Below, one piece after another: positions 13,010-25,772 of a DNA stretch of 64,000 bases (the stretch's first letter is position 1; each line of letters opens with the position of its first letter). The translations under genes were made by a program, and so were the position numbers. The stretch is from contig OX597819.1 in the NCBI GenBank assembly GCA_951406725.2, forward strand, positions 68,696,001 through 68,760,000, read 5' to 3'. The notes under the pieces were generated by a model, which ran no database searches, was not told the origin of the DNA, and saw only the letters and a program-made list of their open reading frames with translations. The stretch comes from Octopus vulgaris. Its lineage: Eukaryota.

Positions 13010-13274
13010 TGGAAGCGCATTGACCCAGTGTTTAAAGCAGTGGTTTCGTGGTCTTAGGGTCGCGGTTCCGATTCTTTTTTCCTGTTTCTGTTGAACCTGT
13101 ATTTCAAAGGGCCAGCCTTGTCACACTCTATGTCAGGTTGAATTTCCCTGAGAAGTGCGTTAAGGGCACATGTATCAGGGGAGTGCTTAACCATTTGCAT
13201 GTTAATATCACGAGCAGGCTGTTCCGTTGATTGTATCAGCTGGGACGCTCGTCATCGAAACCGAAGGAGTGCCA
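13010..13274 (+). mobile_element. tRNA-derived SINE family C
   Basis: Reverse-complement homologue of 50602-50960; ends ggagtgcca. Confidence 0.75.
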
Positions 13275-13304
13275 GGTTCATATATACTTCTACATATATC
13301 TGTA

Positions 13305-13459
13305 CAACGGGCCTCCCTTCAGTTTCTGTGTGCCAAATCCTCTGACAAGGCTTTGGTCGATTCCATGCCATGGTAAAAGACACTTGTCCAAATTGCGACG
13401 CAGTGAAACTGAACCCGGAACTAGGTGGTTTGGAAGGAATCTTATTACCACACAACCGA
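13305..13459 (-). mobile_element. SINE family B
   Basis: Homologous to 1232-1326 and 51272-51400; gggttcagt B-box-like motif on the minus strand. Confidence 0.75.
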
Positions 13460-13479
13460 AAGGAATCTTGCAGTATTCG

Positions 13480-13790
13480 AATGATACGTATTTTATCGAC
13501 CTCGAAGAGATAAAAGACAAAGTCGACCTCTGTGCAATTGAACTGAGAACTTGAAGACAGACGTACTACTGCCAAATATTTAAGACGGGAGTTACTAGAA
13601 TCGTTAGCACGCCGGACAAATAGTGGCATTTTCTTCTATCTTTACGTTCTTAGATCTAATTCCGCTGGGTCGGCTTTGCTTTGATATTTTGGCAAGGTGA
13701 TAAAAATATGTACCAGTTGAGTAATGGGGACCTAAATGATCGAGCCCTCCCCTCACCCGTACTTCTTAGCCTTGTGCTAAAATTTAAAAC
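13480..13790. mobile_element. Two diverged SINE family A pieces (minus, then plus)
   Basis: ttttatcgacctcgaa..aaagtcgacctc, then gaatcgttagcacgccgg. Confidence 0.65.
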
Positions 13791-14199
13791 TGTTATATCA
13801 AAAGTTTATTTAAAATAAACTTTTTTAGTTTGGACCCAGCCCAACAGTTCTGAGGGATGGGTTAAGCTGCTTACATTGATCTCAGTGCTAAAATTCTACT
13901 TATTTTCTCAAACGCGAAATTATAAACGGTAAAGATGACCTCAACAATACCACTAAAACTAAAGTCGATAAAATAAGTAGCGGTTGAGCACTGCTGTCGA
14001 TTTGATCGACTGAACCTTTCCAACGATTTATGGGAACAATTACGTTGAAGTTTGATGGCTTATGAATTATAAGGATTTTGAGAAGATTAAATATATCATT
14101 CATTTTTGTTTTAATTAGAAGTGAAATTGGGAGTTAAGTTTTGGGTTTATTATATCTTTTAGTTAAAGAAGACTAAGGTTCTATAATTAAGAGACGAAT

Positions 14200-14430
14200 T
14201 GTTTACATTATTTACATTTGACAGTTATTTGCCCTCATCTTGTTTGTTGTTAACACAACGTTTCGGCTGATATACCCTTCAGCCTTCATCAGGTGTCTTG
14301 GAGAAATTTCGAACCTGTGTTCTCATTCGTAAGGTATTTTTGGATGTTATTATTATTATAGTTATTATTATTATAGTTATTATTAAGGTAACTGCTTGGA
14401 ATCGAACTCGGAATCTGAGGGTTAGTAGGT
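14200..14430 (-). mobile_element. tRNA-head/(AAT)n/hammerhead SINE-like element, copy 1 (5'-truncated head)
   Basis: Colinear with 36926-37397 and 53208-53426. Confidence 0.85.
14252..14297 (-). ncRNA. Minimal type I hammerhead ribozyme
   Basis: Minus strand: gacac CTGATGA A ggctga-agggtata-tcagcc GAAA C GTT gtgtt. Confidence 0.8.
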
Positions 14431-15229
14431 TGTTTAACGTTGACATGAAGATCATGAGAGTATATTACAAGTTTCATAATGCATTTTAAGGTTTTAGTTT
14501 CATTAAGTTATTTGAAGGAGACGGTTCATAATGTTGGCAAAATATAATTCAGTTAAAATAATTAATAATAAAGTGGATGTGTTTTCTCTTAGTGATAGAT
14601 CAAATTTGTAATTCATACATTCGTAGGACCTGGTACAAGAATACTTGTGATGTACTGGAGCCTGTAATAAAAAGTAATTTCCCAATAAAAGTTGATGTCC
14701 CTGTGCGTTAATCATAAATCATTATTTTATCTGCTATTATTTTCCTCATCGCCATCATGATACTCTGTGTCATATTCGTCGTCATCGTTACATCACCACT
14801 GTTGTTGTGGTATACATATTTATTTTAGCAGAAACGAAGTAAATGTATTTTGTAAAAAGCTTCCGGGGAAAATGAATAACAGTACAAAAATAAAACGGAA
14901 ACTATTTTTGGAAAATAGGTAAAAGAAAATATGTAGAAATGATTTTAATGAACCTATCAAAATATTAAAGACAAAACATATTCAGATGTACACTGATATT
15001 TTATAAAAACGATTAGCTTATTTGTGAATCGGTTGTAACTGTATTGCAGATATTAAATGTATATTCTGAGCGGATGAAAATAATTTATCATTGTAAATAT
15101 TTATCGACAAATAGGTGCAGGAGTGGCTGTGTAGTAAGTAGCTTGCTAACTGCTACCAAGTTGTCGCGTTGTTTTTCGGCGCGGTCGAAGTCATGATTAC
15201 GCGAAAAATTGAACATTTGAACCACGACC

Positions 15230-15750
15230 ACAGGTAAAGCATCTGTTTTTGGCGAGCTTAGTGAGGTCTTCTTTCGTATTTAAGTATTTTTTCGAACAGG
15301 GGTCTCCACTGTGTTCCAGGCATTTGTTTCTCCCTACTTATGGCGGTAGAAAGTTTACAAGATCCTGGCTTTGTGGGTTGCCGTCGGGTATAGAGACCGA
15401 GTAGATAGAAGACACTATCCGTCGGGGCCTGGGTGGCGGCCATTCCAGGCTCTTAAATGTAAAAATGTTTCCTGCGGTTGATTGGGCTGGGTCAAAATCA
15501 ATTTTGACCCTATGGGCCCAAGCGGCTGAAGATTTGGTTTTACCAGATTTTTTAACAATCGCCGGTTCCAGGTACCCGGTAATTGTTGAGGGACGTCCCC
15601 CAAGTGTCACGTGTGCCTGGAATCGGGCCATGTAAAGAAGAACTGTTGCCGGGACCAGGAAAGGGTCCTGGAACAGTTAATTGAAAAGGTGTCCCCTTTT
15701 TCCCCGTGGAAGAAAAGAAAGAAGGTGGACAACAATGGATGCCCACCGAT
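15230..15750 (+). pseudogene. Gag/ORF1-like fragment with CCHC zinc knuckle (L1/Tx1-type ORF1-like)
   Basis: LPDFLTIAGSRYPVIVEGRP[frameshift]KCHVCLESGHVKKNC, a CX2CX4HX4C knuckle. Confidence 0.7.
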
Positions 15751-15755
15751 GGGTA

Positions 15756-16172
15756 CGTCTATTGAAGAGAAAAGACCTAATCGGCAGCATAGGGTTCTTC
15801 TGCTGCACGACAACGACCGCTCTCCTATCGCCAATATGACCAAGGAAGCTATTCAAACGCATGGCTGGGAAGTGCTGCCACCCGCGTGGTACTCTCCTGA
15901 TTTGGCACCAACGGATTTCCACTTCTTTCGATCTCTTTCAAAAGCTATTCGCGGAGTTCAATACTGATGCAGAATTTAGGCCTTGTTTGGATCAATTTTT
16001 CGAGTCGAAAGCGGATGATTTCTCGAAACGAAGTATTGAAATTCTTGTTGAAAGTTGGGAAGAAGTTGTAAACAACATGGGTGGATATATTATTGATTAA
16101 TTACTTGCTATTTTTTATTAAAACATTTAGATTTAAAAAAAATACAGCGCGAACTTAGTTGCCAACCGAATA
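15756..16172 (+). mobile_element. Mariner transposase C-terminal remnant with right TIR
   Basis: LLLHDND, WEVLP..YSPDLAPTDFHFF, WEEVVNNMGGYIID*; TIR-like gcgaacttagttgccaaccgaata. Confidence 0.93.
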
Positions 16173-16179
16173 TATATAT

Positions 16180-16340
16180 TGATCGCTAACCACTAAACCA
16201 TTTTTATTTCCTCACTGCTTATTTCTGTGTTCCTTTCTATTGAAGGGCGTGGGCTCGAAACGTAGAAGACGTTCTCACTTCCCCAGCGTCAAACTAATAC
16301 ATCTGTTTGGTGTTTACACACCCGTTTTGTCTTTTGTTTG
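16180..16340 (+). mobile_element. Short repeat homologous to 10336-10500, with mutated HHR at 16232-16269
   Basis: ccttt CTATTGA A gggc-gtgg-gctc GAAA C GTA gaaga. Confidence 0.65.
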
Positions 16341-16360
16341 CTTCTTTTGTAAATTCCAAC

Positions 16361-16405
<45 letters not shown>

Positions 16406-16411
16406 CTGTAA

Positions 16412-16489
<78 letters not shown>

Positions 16490-17017
16490 CTGTGTGTGTA
16501 TCTGTGTGTGTCTCTGTGTGTATGTGTATATATATATACATATGAAGTCGTGAAAAATGGAGAAATGAGCTTGACAGGAGGGAGACAGGCAAAATGTGTT
16601 ATCTTTTGTAAAGCAAGATGAAGAAAAAGAGATAGCCACTGCTCACCCGTGAGCAGCCAGAGAGTCAAGTAGGAAGAGTAAGGGAGAGAGAATGAGAGAA
16701 AGAGAACAGTGAAGAGAGTAGGAGAAGAAAGACAGAAAGAAAGATTAATGAAGAGGGAGAAATTAGATGTTTGTAGAATGTGCATCAGAACTATTATAAG
16801 TAAATTCAGAGAATCGAAACGCGTTACGTAATCTGATGAATATTGTTCATACAGCATACCTGACAGATATACCGATGTCAAAGTAATGACTCTTAACTAA
16901 CGTAGATCTGTCCACACACGCACACACACACACATGTATATAATTAATATATATATATATGTGTGTGTGTGTATGTATTTATATATATATATACATACAT
17001 ATATCGATATACATAAT

Positions 17018-17073
<56 letters not shown>

Positions 17074-17159
17074 AGAGGTATTGGTCTCTAGAAGCTCGAA
17101 AGAGTGGCAGACAACGCTAAGTAAGTGCTATGGACAGACCGTAGTTAAACTTTTGGTTC

Positions 17160-17495
17160 GATGAGTTTTACTCGATCCATTCTAAACACACTTCTATGCG
17201 GCAGTTCGCTGTCCCCATTGTGTGCTAAAAGACTCCGATGGAATTCAGCGCCTGACACACATTCCGACCAGAGAAATCGGAATCAATCCTCTTCGTTCTT
17301 CTTTAGTGTCCATTGTTAATGAAGCGGCCATCCCTAAGCTGTAAATCCAGAAAGGCAAATGGCGCGATCAGTCACAAATTTCGTTCACAGGAGCACAATA
17401 GTACCAACTATAAGCATGCATGCGCAGAAGGGAGCGTAACAATAATAATGATATGTTATGGCAAAAATGCGGATAAATTTTGACTTACCCTCGTA
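17160..17495 (-). mobile_element. Mariner 5' remnant (TIR and N-terminal HTH)
   Basis: Minus strand starts tacgagggtaagtcaaaa; TKEERRGLI/RFLWSECVSGAEFHRSLLAHNGDSELPHRSVF. Confidence 0.82.
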
Positions 17496-17929
17496 TAAAT
17501 ATTATCGTGTTATTCATCAGAAACGTGAAACACGGATTGTAGACGCCCGAATATCGGAAGACCTGCTTCTACTCATACATACACACAAGCATACGTCCAT
17601 AAGTACGCACACACATAAATAAAAACATACATACACACTCAGCCACACACAGTGTCAAACATATATATATATACAAAATCTAAAACATGCACACGTGTGT
17701 ATATTTGAGTGTGCGTCTGTGTGTAATTGCATTACTAATGCGAAAATATATTTTACGCGTTGAGATCTCTTCTGTAAATAGAGTCGAAAACTTGCAGGAG
17801 GGAAACCTGAGTGAAGATTTATCTTATTAGCGACTATTATATCATTGGCGTATAAAGATCTGAGACTTTGTATTCATATATCAATAATATCTATACCTGT
17901 GTCTATCAAGCTAGCTATGTGTCTGTCTA

Positions 17930-17956
17930 TCCGTCTATCCATCCATTTATCAATCA

Positions 17957-18040
<84 letters not shown>

Positions 18041-18122
18041 GTTTATGTAGCTATCTATCTACCTATCTATCTATCTATTTCTATCTCTCTTACTCTCTGT
18101 CTGTCTCTCTCTCTCTCTCTAC

Positions 18123-18200
<78 letters not shown>
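17930..18200. repeat. (TCTA)n and (TA)n microsatellites
   Basis: Direct reading. Confidence 0.95.
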
Positions 18201-18202
<2 letters not shown>

Positions 18203-19534
18203 TTATTTATGCACATACACACACAGAACACACACACGTAGTGTGCGTATGTTTATGTACGTATGCACTGTCAATAAGCATCCTAAGTTGAGGTCACTAT
18301 TCTGGAAAATTATAATCTTAAAATTGCTTGCGAAATATATGTTAGATTTACATCAGCACTTTTATTTGCATGAGTAGACGTTTCCTTTGCAGCTCGATGG
18401 GCTTAGACATTAAGGAAATCAGTGTTTCAGTTGTGGACAGGGCGTTGACGCATATATCATATCATATCTACCATTCAATTGCATATACGTGCATTCACAA
18501 TCTGCACGTACACACATAGATGGACATATCCTTGAGATTATGAATGTGTATGTGTTTGTACTTTAACATGTATATGCACACAGTAAGATTTATTCGTGTA
18601 TAATCAATATAGTTTATATAAGAAGGGAATTACTATCTAAAGTAGGTTGAACGTATAATTAAATATTTAATATAATATATTTCTAATTTCTGACAAGTCA
18701 CAGAGTCAGCTTTAGCATTGAAATATTAGCTTTATAAATGCTTCCCGCCTTAAACCTTGTACATACACATCTAACCCTTTGTTCTTAATGTAACTATATT
18801 GGAATCTAAGTGAATTCCTTCCTGCGTCATCAAAAATGGAGACGGTGCTGACGTCAATGATGTTTTCTCTCTGAAAATAGCTAAGATCATGGATCTGTTG
18901 ACTTCGGTTTCATTCAGAAGATGAAGGCATCGTTTATGAGTGTAATACCCCAGAGAGAGTAGTGTACTCAAAGACAGAAAAAACCCATTTATTATATGTT
19001 GCTTATATATCTAATCGAGACGGTTGAAACGAAGAAGAATCTGCTTGAGGTGACAAGGTTCACGGTGAAATTAATGTCAAATTAACTCTATCTTCGATGA
19101 ACAGGTACATTAGCTTGACAGGTCTTTATCACATCTCTCAGCCACATTCCGCTTGTATGTATACATAGATGCAACTAAAGAAAACAAGTCTGCTTAAAGC
19201 ACCAAAGTTCTGGATTGGTGTCGCCTCACGTTCTACTGTTTAACCGATTCCATTTGCATTATACGGCCAAACAACCGAATCAATACAACTTCATCATCTT
19301 ACGCCATTTATTATCATAAAACGTATAATAGTTTTGCCAGATTTTTTTCCTGTACTTGCCTGTAGATTACAGTGGGAATTCTTCAATGTAATTTTTCTGT
19401 ATGTAGAATAAATAGTTTGTAAATGTAAATTGACAAAATCGCAATAGCTAATAATTTTATATCATATATATTATATAGTAAATATATACATGCATATATA
19501 TATACATATATATATATATATATTTACATATAAA

Positions 19535-20099
19535 TATTTAATGTAGGATAAAATTTTTTTCCAAAAAAATTCTATCAATGGCCAGCATATTAAAGAAATA
19601 CCTTTAAAGGTTAAAATTATAAACAACTTACAAATAGGGGCAAACGAAAACATTTCTAATGCCAAATATGCCGAAAATTGGACATATTGTCCATTACCAT
19701 ATAATTTATCACAATACGCATGCTACTCGAAAAAAAGCCGAGAGAAATTTCTAAAAAATTCCATTATTACCATATCGGACCGATTTTAGGGTTCGTAAGA
19801 ACCCTCCCTTCGTCAGTGATAAACGTGGTAAAGAAATAAATGAGATACTTACTCATACCCATGGATGAAGCAAAACACTATGTCATGAGCACATCTAAGT
19901 ACCCCAAATACATCCAAAATAGAAATACTCCAGCCCATTCAGGACACGTGCGATTTGAACTGAGGCTCTCACAGAGTGAAAGAGTCCGGAAGTGAACACT
20001 TAAATTTATATTTAATGTAGGATAAAATTTTTTCCGAAAAAAAATTTAATCAATGGCCAGCATATTAAAAAAACCTTTAAAGGTTAAAATTATAAACAA
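19535..20099 (-). mobile_element. Non-autonomous element with about 90-bp direct terminal repeats and an internal HHR motif
   Basis: 19535-19626 is repeated at 20010-20099; (TA)n on both sides. Confidence 0.7.
19767..19822 (-). ncRNA. Type I hammerhead motif with GAAA>AAAA change
   Basis: Minus strand: ttatca CTGACGA aggg agggttc-ttac-gaaccct AAAA tcgg-t-ccga TA tggtaa. Confidence 0.62.
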
Positions 20100-20143
20100 T
20101 TGTTTATATATATATATATACAAACACACACACACACACACAC

Positions 20144-20178
<35 letters not shown>

Positions 20179-20353
20179 TGTATGTATATACATATGTGTC
20201 TGTGTGTGTTTGTGTGTGTAGATATATATGTATAAGTAACAAGAAAGTTACTTATTTACGTTCCTTTCACCTAACTTGTGCGGACTATACCGCTTTGGCT
20301 TGGTGTTTCAAATTAAGTACCTAATTAAACTGAATATATATATATATATATAT

Positions 20354-20414
<61 letters not shown>

Positions 20415-20444
20415 GATAGATAGATAGATAGATAGACAGTAGTG

Positions 20445-20625
20445 CAGCAAAGCGGCAGACTATTTCGCGGCATTTCAACAGTTTTATGTTCTGAGTTCGA
20501 ATAACCCCGAGGTCGTTTTGCTTTTCATCTTCTCGAGGTCGATAAAATAAGTACCACTTGAAAACAGGGGTCGTTGTAATAGATTTACCCCCTCTCTCGA
20601 AATTTATGGCTTCGTTCCAAAATTA
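20445..20625 (+). mobile_element. SINE family A (diverged)
   Basis: ttctgagttcgaat..gaggtcgttttgcttttcatc..ggtcgataaaataagtacc. Confidence 0.8.
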
Positions 20626-20674
20626 AACCTACACACACACACACACACACACATGCACGCACACACACGCACAG

Positions 20675-20729
<55 letters not shown>

Positions 20730-21419
20730 CATACATACATATGCATGTGTGTATGTGCATACCCTTTCATGAGTTGTTTCGATTTGTGTTATGTCTATGA
20801 AACATAATGTGCATGTGATAGTAAGTTCGTACTCATTTATTTCAAGTACAGACATAGTGCTGTGTTACTTCAATGTTTTTTCGAGATTAATGTAGATTTT
20901 AAAGATTATTCAGTCATGTAAGAAGCTACTTACATTTATAGGCTGCAACATCTCTTCTAACGATGTTGATTAATATGTCTGGCATTAGGATTGTCTCATT
21001 AATCCTTTTCCATACACGACATTTTCACTAGTAATACGCATATAATTCAAAAATATGTTATACTCGTCCTCTTCGCTAAAGGTTGAGTGACGATTGATAT
21101 ATACCAGTTTATACATGCCACAACATTAGAAAATATTACTGCTTCTGGTGATGGGTATCTATAATCAGGGCTTTGTTTGAAAATCAAAAGATACGATGGG
21201 TTTCAACATTTTCAAAGGCATGAAATCGTGAGGTGAAATAAGTGGTATAAGAAAAGTCTAAATGTAGAAGAATATTTGCTCCTATAATCAAGTACTAAGT
21301 TATTTGATAACTTAAAAGACGCACGGATGTATTAGTCGAATCTCAATCCCAGTTGTGAATTGTCTTAAAAGGTGTTTTTTGTGCATCAAAATTTATCAGT
21401 GGTCTATCTCCACTTGTAT

Positions 21420-22075
21420 GAAATATTGAAATATACATTCCCTCTTTATTTATTTAAATTCGTATTCCTTATTTATGTGTTCCACACGAGGTAAACCTGT
21501 TTCTTTTATGTTCATTGCATTAACCGTGGGTATCTTAATAGTGAGTTACTGGGGGTTTTGAAGCGATAGCAAGTGGTATTTAAATAGCCCACTGAATCTA
21601 AGTTTAGCTTATATTTTTTTATATTTAAGGCGCAAACTTGCTAGTCAACTTATTGATAACGGGAATAACACTTGTTTATTTAAATTTATACTGGTTTACG
21701 ATAGTTTTGTTTTAAATGTCATGGAGACGGTTAAAGTAAAGAATGCACACGAGATAATTTGATGAATGTTTTAGGAATAGATGTTGAAACATTGTTGTTT
21801 TCAAAATTCGATCCCAGACTATGTTTGTCATACAGAGTGTGAAGTCAATTGATATTGAAATATACGTTCCTTACATATGTATTCGACGCAAGGTATGCCT
21901 GTTTCTCCTACGTTGATTGCATCGTCCGTGTGTATCGTAATAGTGAGTTACAGGTAGTTTTGGAGCGATGGCTCCGACTTTTAACCTTCTGAATCTAAAT
22001 TTAGCTCATACTCTGCCTGTAAAGGTGTCAAATTGCTAGCAACCTTATTATTATCATTAATAACGGTAATAATAC

Positions 22076-22078
<3 letters not shown>
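21420..22078. repeat. Diverged direct repeats (21420-21675 and 21850-22078), possibly PLE pLTRs
   Basis: Shared tattgaaatatac, cctgtttct, taatagtgagttac, ctgaatctaa.tttagct, ttgctag. Confidence 0.75.
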
Positions 22079-22124
<46 letters not shown>

Positions 22125-22142
22125 CTGGTCAAGGCCATTTTA

Positions 22143-22202
22143 TAGGGTTACCCTTGGTTTCTCGTCATAAAGGATAACTTGATAGCGTATCTTCAGACCC
22201 TA
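22143..22202 (-). ncRNA. Type I hammerhead ribozyme
   Basis: Minus strand: tagggt CTGAAGA tacg...cga GAAA cc-aag-gg TA acccta; stems I and III perfect, GUA site, stem II imperfect. Confidence 0.75.
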
Positions 22203-22249
22203 AGAACTGTTGGCCTATGGACTCTTGAATGGGGAAACGATGCAGATAT

Positions 22250-22400
22250 AAACAATGGGGAATATCTCCCTTTGCTACTCATCATAAATGGAAGGAAACG
22301 CTGCAAGCTCTGCGTAACGGAACGCGTGGAAATCCTGAAAATTCTCGCACGTATCAGAAACGGAGGTTTTTCGGGCTGTGCTTGCATTTCCGGATAATAG
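22250..22400 (+). pseudogene. PLE C-terminal (post-GIY-YIG) fragment
   Basis: NGRKRCKLCVTERVEILK...EV/FGLCLHF fits the PLE C-terminal CxLCxxE...C-x-H pattern. Confidence 0.65.
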
Positions 22401-23067
22401 CGATAATAGCGTTAAGAGCGTATTAGTGATACTTAGAGCACAGCTGGAAATTGAGTGCTGATGAGTTTGGGAGATAACCCTCATAGCCAACAGGTGGCTA
22501 GCTGAAGGAGGATGACACAGACGGAAGCCGATGACCAGCAGCACCTATGTGCTTACTTGTGCATATTATATATATATATATATGTATATACACACACATA
22601 CATGTGCATATTTGTGTGTGTACGTAGTAGTAGTAGTAGTAGTAGTCGCAGCAGCAGTAGTAGACTACATTAAAGGTATTTCGCTTCATTAATCATGTAC
22701 GTTAATACATAATATTTTGAACAAGTAACGTTAATAAAATAATGGAATTGAATCCAGCATTAATTGTTAATTTTTGCAGCAGTAATTAATAAATACACGC
22801 CATCTTCATACTACATTCGTTAATTATATTAACTTTTAGTTGTACTGTTTCACTTAATTATTTTAGTACTTGGAAAAGCTTGTAGTAGTTGACGTTTGAT
22901 AATGTGATAAAATCACATTGCATATTATTTTATGAGTTCAAACTACATTTAAACTGATAGTTTGAGTCGAGATTAGTACTAATAATTACTAACATTATGT
23001 TAAGTGCATATCTCATCAACCGATATTTACAAGTACTTAAAATGTATGATGTTAATTACTTGCGTCA

Positions 23068-23640
23068 AGGCGAAACGCTTAGCGGTATTTCGTCTGTCGT
23101 TACGTTCTGAGTTCAAATTCCGCCGAGGTCGACTTGGCCTTTCATCTTTTCGGGGTCGATTAAATAAGTACCAGTTACGCACTGGACTCGATGTAATCGA
23201 CTTAATCCGTTTGTCTATCCTTCTTTGTCCCCTCTGTGTGTAGCCCCTTGTGGATAGTAAAGAAATAGGTATTTCGTCCGTCTTTACATTCTCAGCCGAC
23301 GTTATCTGTCATCCAACCGAAGTTGCAAACGTACATATCAACTGAATAAAGGCGTCGATGTTATCGACTTGCTACCGCCTAACCACACATTACTGGTCTT
23401 GTGCAAAAAATTGAAACAGAAACTGTTAACACGGTGAGCTGGCACAATCGTTAGCATGTGGCAAAAAACGCTTAGCGTTACTTCCTTTAGATGTCTACGT
23501 TCTGTGTTCGAATTCCGATGAGATTAACTCTAGCTTATAGCTCTTTGTGGCCGATTATAAACAAACCCCCAGTGAATTACGAGGGGACGGCAGGGTTGGT
23601 GTAGTCGAATTGTTCTCCCGCATAAGAAATTGCTGGCCTG
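23068..23640 (+). mobile_element. Two SINE family A copies (23068-23290 well preserved, 23431-23640 diverged)
   Basis: gttctgagttcaaattccgccgaggtcgact..tttcggggtcgat..aagtacc. Confidence 0.85.
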
Positions 23641-24182
23641 GAAAACTGTAAGGTACCTTCAGAGGTACGTCGTAATCACGGTCATTTATTCGCCAAGAAA
23701 TGTAGGAGAACGGCCTTATGAATCTTAGGGAATAGTAATAGCGTACCGATAGAAACGATTTTTGAATCTTATTTATAACTATCCTTCTAAAAAGGAAAGA
23801 AAATATGAAATTTTATTTGACGTTTATCTGGAACAAGTCTTCGATAATATGGAAATAAATTTAAGCGTTCTGGTATGATCCTCTTTCGGAAAAATTGAGT
23901 AACGAAATAATTATTGATTTGCCAGGTGTATCTTCACAAGATCGATGATGGTTTTATTCACATTCCTACATTAGAAAAGAAGAATTCGTGTCCGAGCACA
24001 TGACTGGATGGGGGAAAGTGCCAATTTAAAGATTAAAATAGACTGAAATGCATTTATCCCTCTCGGTTGCAGCTTTTCGGGCGGATTTTCGTCCTAATAC
24101 AGTCACAGTTTTTCTTATGCATCTCCTTAGTGGTCAGAAGCAATAAGGTGATACACATATATCAATGGATGCCTGGTGAGTG

Positions 24183-24536
24183 TAGTTTGTTCGTCGATGC
24201 GAGGAACAAACTACATGTAGTCATCCTAGGGTGGAGATGGGCTTGTTTTGTGAGTCCGCAGATGGCTACTGAGGCCAATCTGCGCCAGAAATATTCTTTG
24301 ACAGTATGAACACGGAATGGTAGCGCCTGCTAGAGGGTTGTTAGTTCTATTCTTCCTGGCTTGTCTGCATTCTTCTGCAGCAGCGATCCTATTGGTCTCG
24401 CATGTGTTGGCACCCTTGTCGACAGCTGATCCCTACCCTTCTCTGTCTAGAGCAGACTGCTCCCAAGTGTCATGGTTGATATTGAAGGCTTTCAGTGAGG
24501 CTTTCAGGGTGTCCTTAAAGCGCTTCTTCTGGCCTG
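24183..24536 (-). mobile_element. RTE-clade LINE 3' end
   Basis: GQKKRFKDTLKASLKAFNINHDTWEQSALDR..CSYCQRIFLAQIGLSSHLRTH (C2H2 finger) with a short 3' UTR. Confidence 0.88.
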
Positions 24537-24662
24537 GTATCTTACAACAGAGGCAGCTAGTCATTGCATAATATCTTTCACTTGTCATTTAATAAATATC
24601 TTGTAAACACGTACATATATAGTGTGCAGTTCCAAAAAGTGCACCATCTGGTGAAAGATCAA

Positions 24663-25485
24663 TATTATTTGCTATTCAAAATATATGTGTTTATGTCTTA
24701 CTATTAGATTCATGCGATGAAAACATGCCAGGCAGTATTTTTGAGACGTCTTCTGCACTGGCACAGTCTAGAGTCACTACCCACATGACATAATAAGCTA
24801 AATATAAGGCGATAGAATAAGGGGAGAAAAGGAGAAAGACGAGAAAGAAATAGAACTAAAAGGAGTGAAGTTGCAAAACCGGAAATCGAACAAGAAATCA
24901 GAAAGTATCAAAAGGTGTGGTGGATTAGGGATATTTCCCCTTCGACCGTAAAATATAAGGCTGTAAAGAAAGTGGTCCTGAGTCCGCAGTACAACTGCTC
25001 AATCCAGAGGGGATAGTACTTTCCAATTCACCAACAACTAGTTAGTCATATGTTTACAACTGCTGAAATTTTCAGATCTAGATTTAAGATATGTATCAGA
25101 TCTCTTAGATCTATAAAGGATCTGGGTTCTTTCAGCTACGTATACTTTGTATTTTCTTGATCTGTTGAATTATGGCGTGGATATTTTGACTCTTTTCCAC
25201 TTTATAGTATTTAGTGTCCATTGTATGATATACTTCACTTGTCATATATATATATATAGAGAGAGAGAGCTCCGTGATGGTAAGAATGACAATAGAAGTA
25301 CCCCCATTTGATGATAGATAACTATTATTCGCTTTATATAATATATCTGTTTATGTGCTACTATTAGTTACATGCAACGAAAGCATGCCGGACAGTATTT
25401 TTAACACGTCTTGTGCCCCAGCGCAATCTGGATCCCTACCTACAGGATATAAGCTAAATATGAGATGATAAGTAACGGGAGAGGA
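24663..25485 (-). mobile_element. Deleted PLE: diverged direct repeats (24663-24825, 25322-25485) around a C-terminal ORF remnant
   Basis: Minus-strand IKWK..YLKSRSENFSSCKH at about 25040-25215; repeats share tgtttatgt, gcagtattttt/acagtattttt, acgtctt, taagctaaatat. Confidence 0.65.
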
Positions 25486-25718
25486 TAGGCGATAGGATAT
25501 ATATGTGTATATATAAATCTCACATAAGACAGTTTTGCAATTATATTTCTGACTGACAATATCATAAATGCATGGAGCTACGATTTTATGCTACCAACAA
25601 AGTATTATTGTTAAGCTGAAACTGTTCCTAACGTAAAATGCAATGGAATGCCGAATCTCTCGTTTCGTTTCCTGAAAAAGCAACGATTTGCACTTACGAT
25701 ACTTTTGTATAATAGCAA

Positions 25719-25772
<54 letters not shown>

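Noticed and set aside
16810-16850. gaaacgcgtt followed by ctgatga (type II HHR order)
   Set aside because: Stems I and II do not pair convincingly
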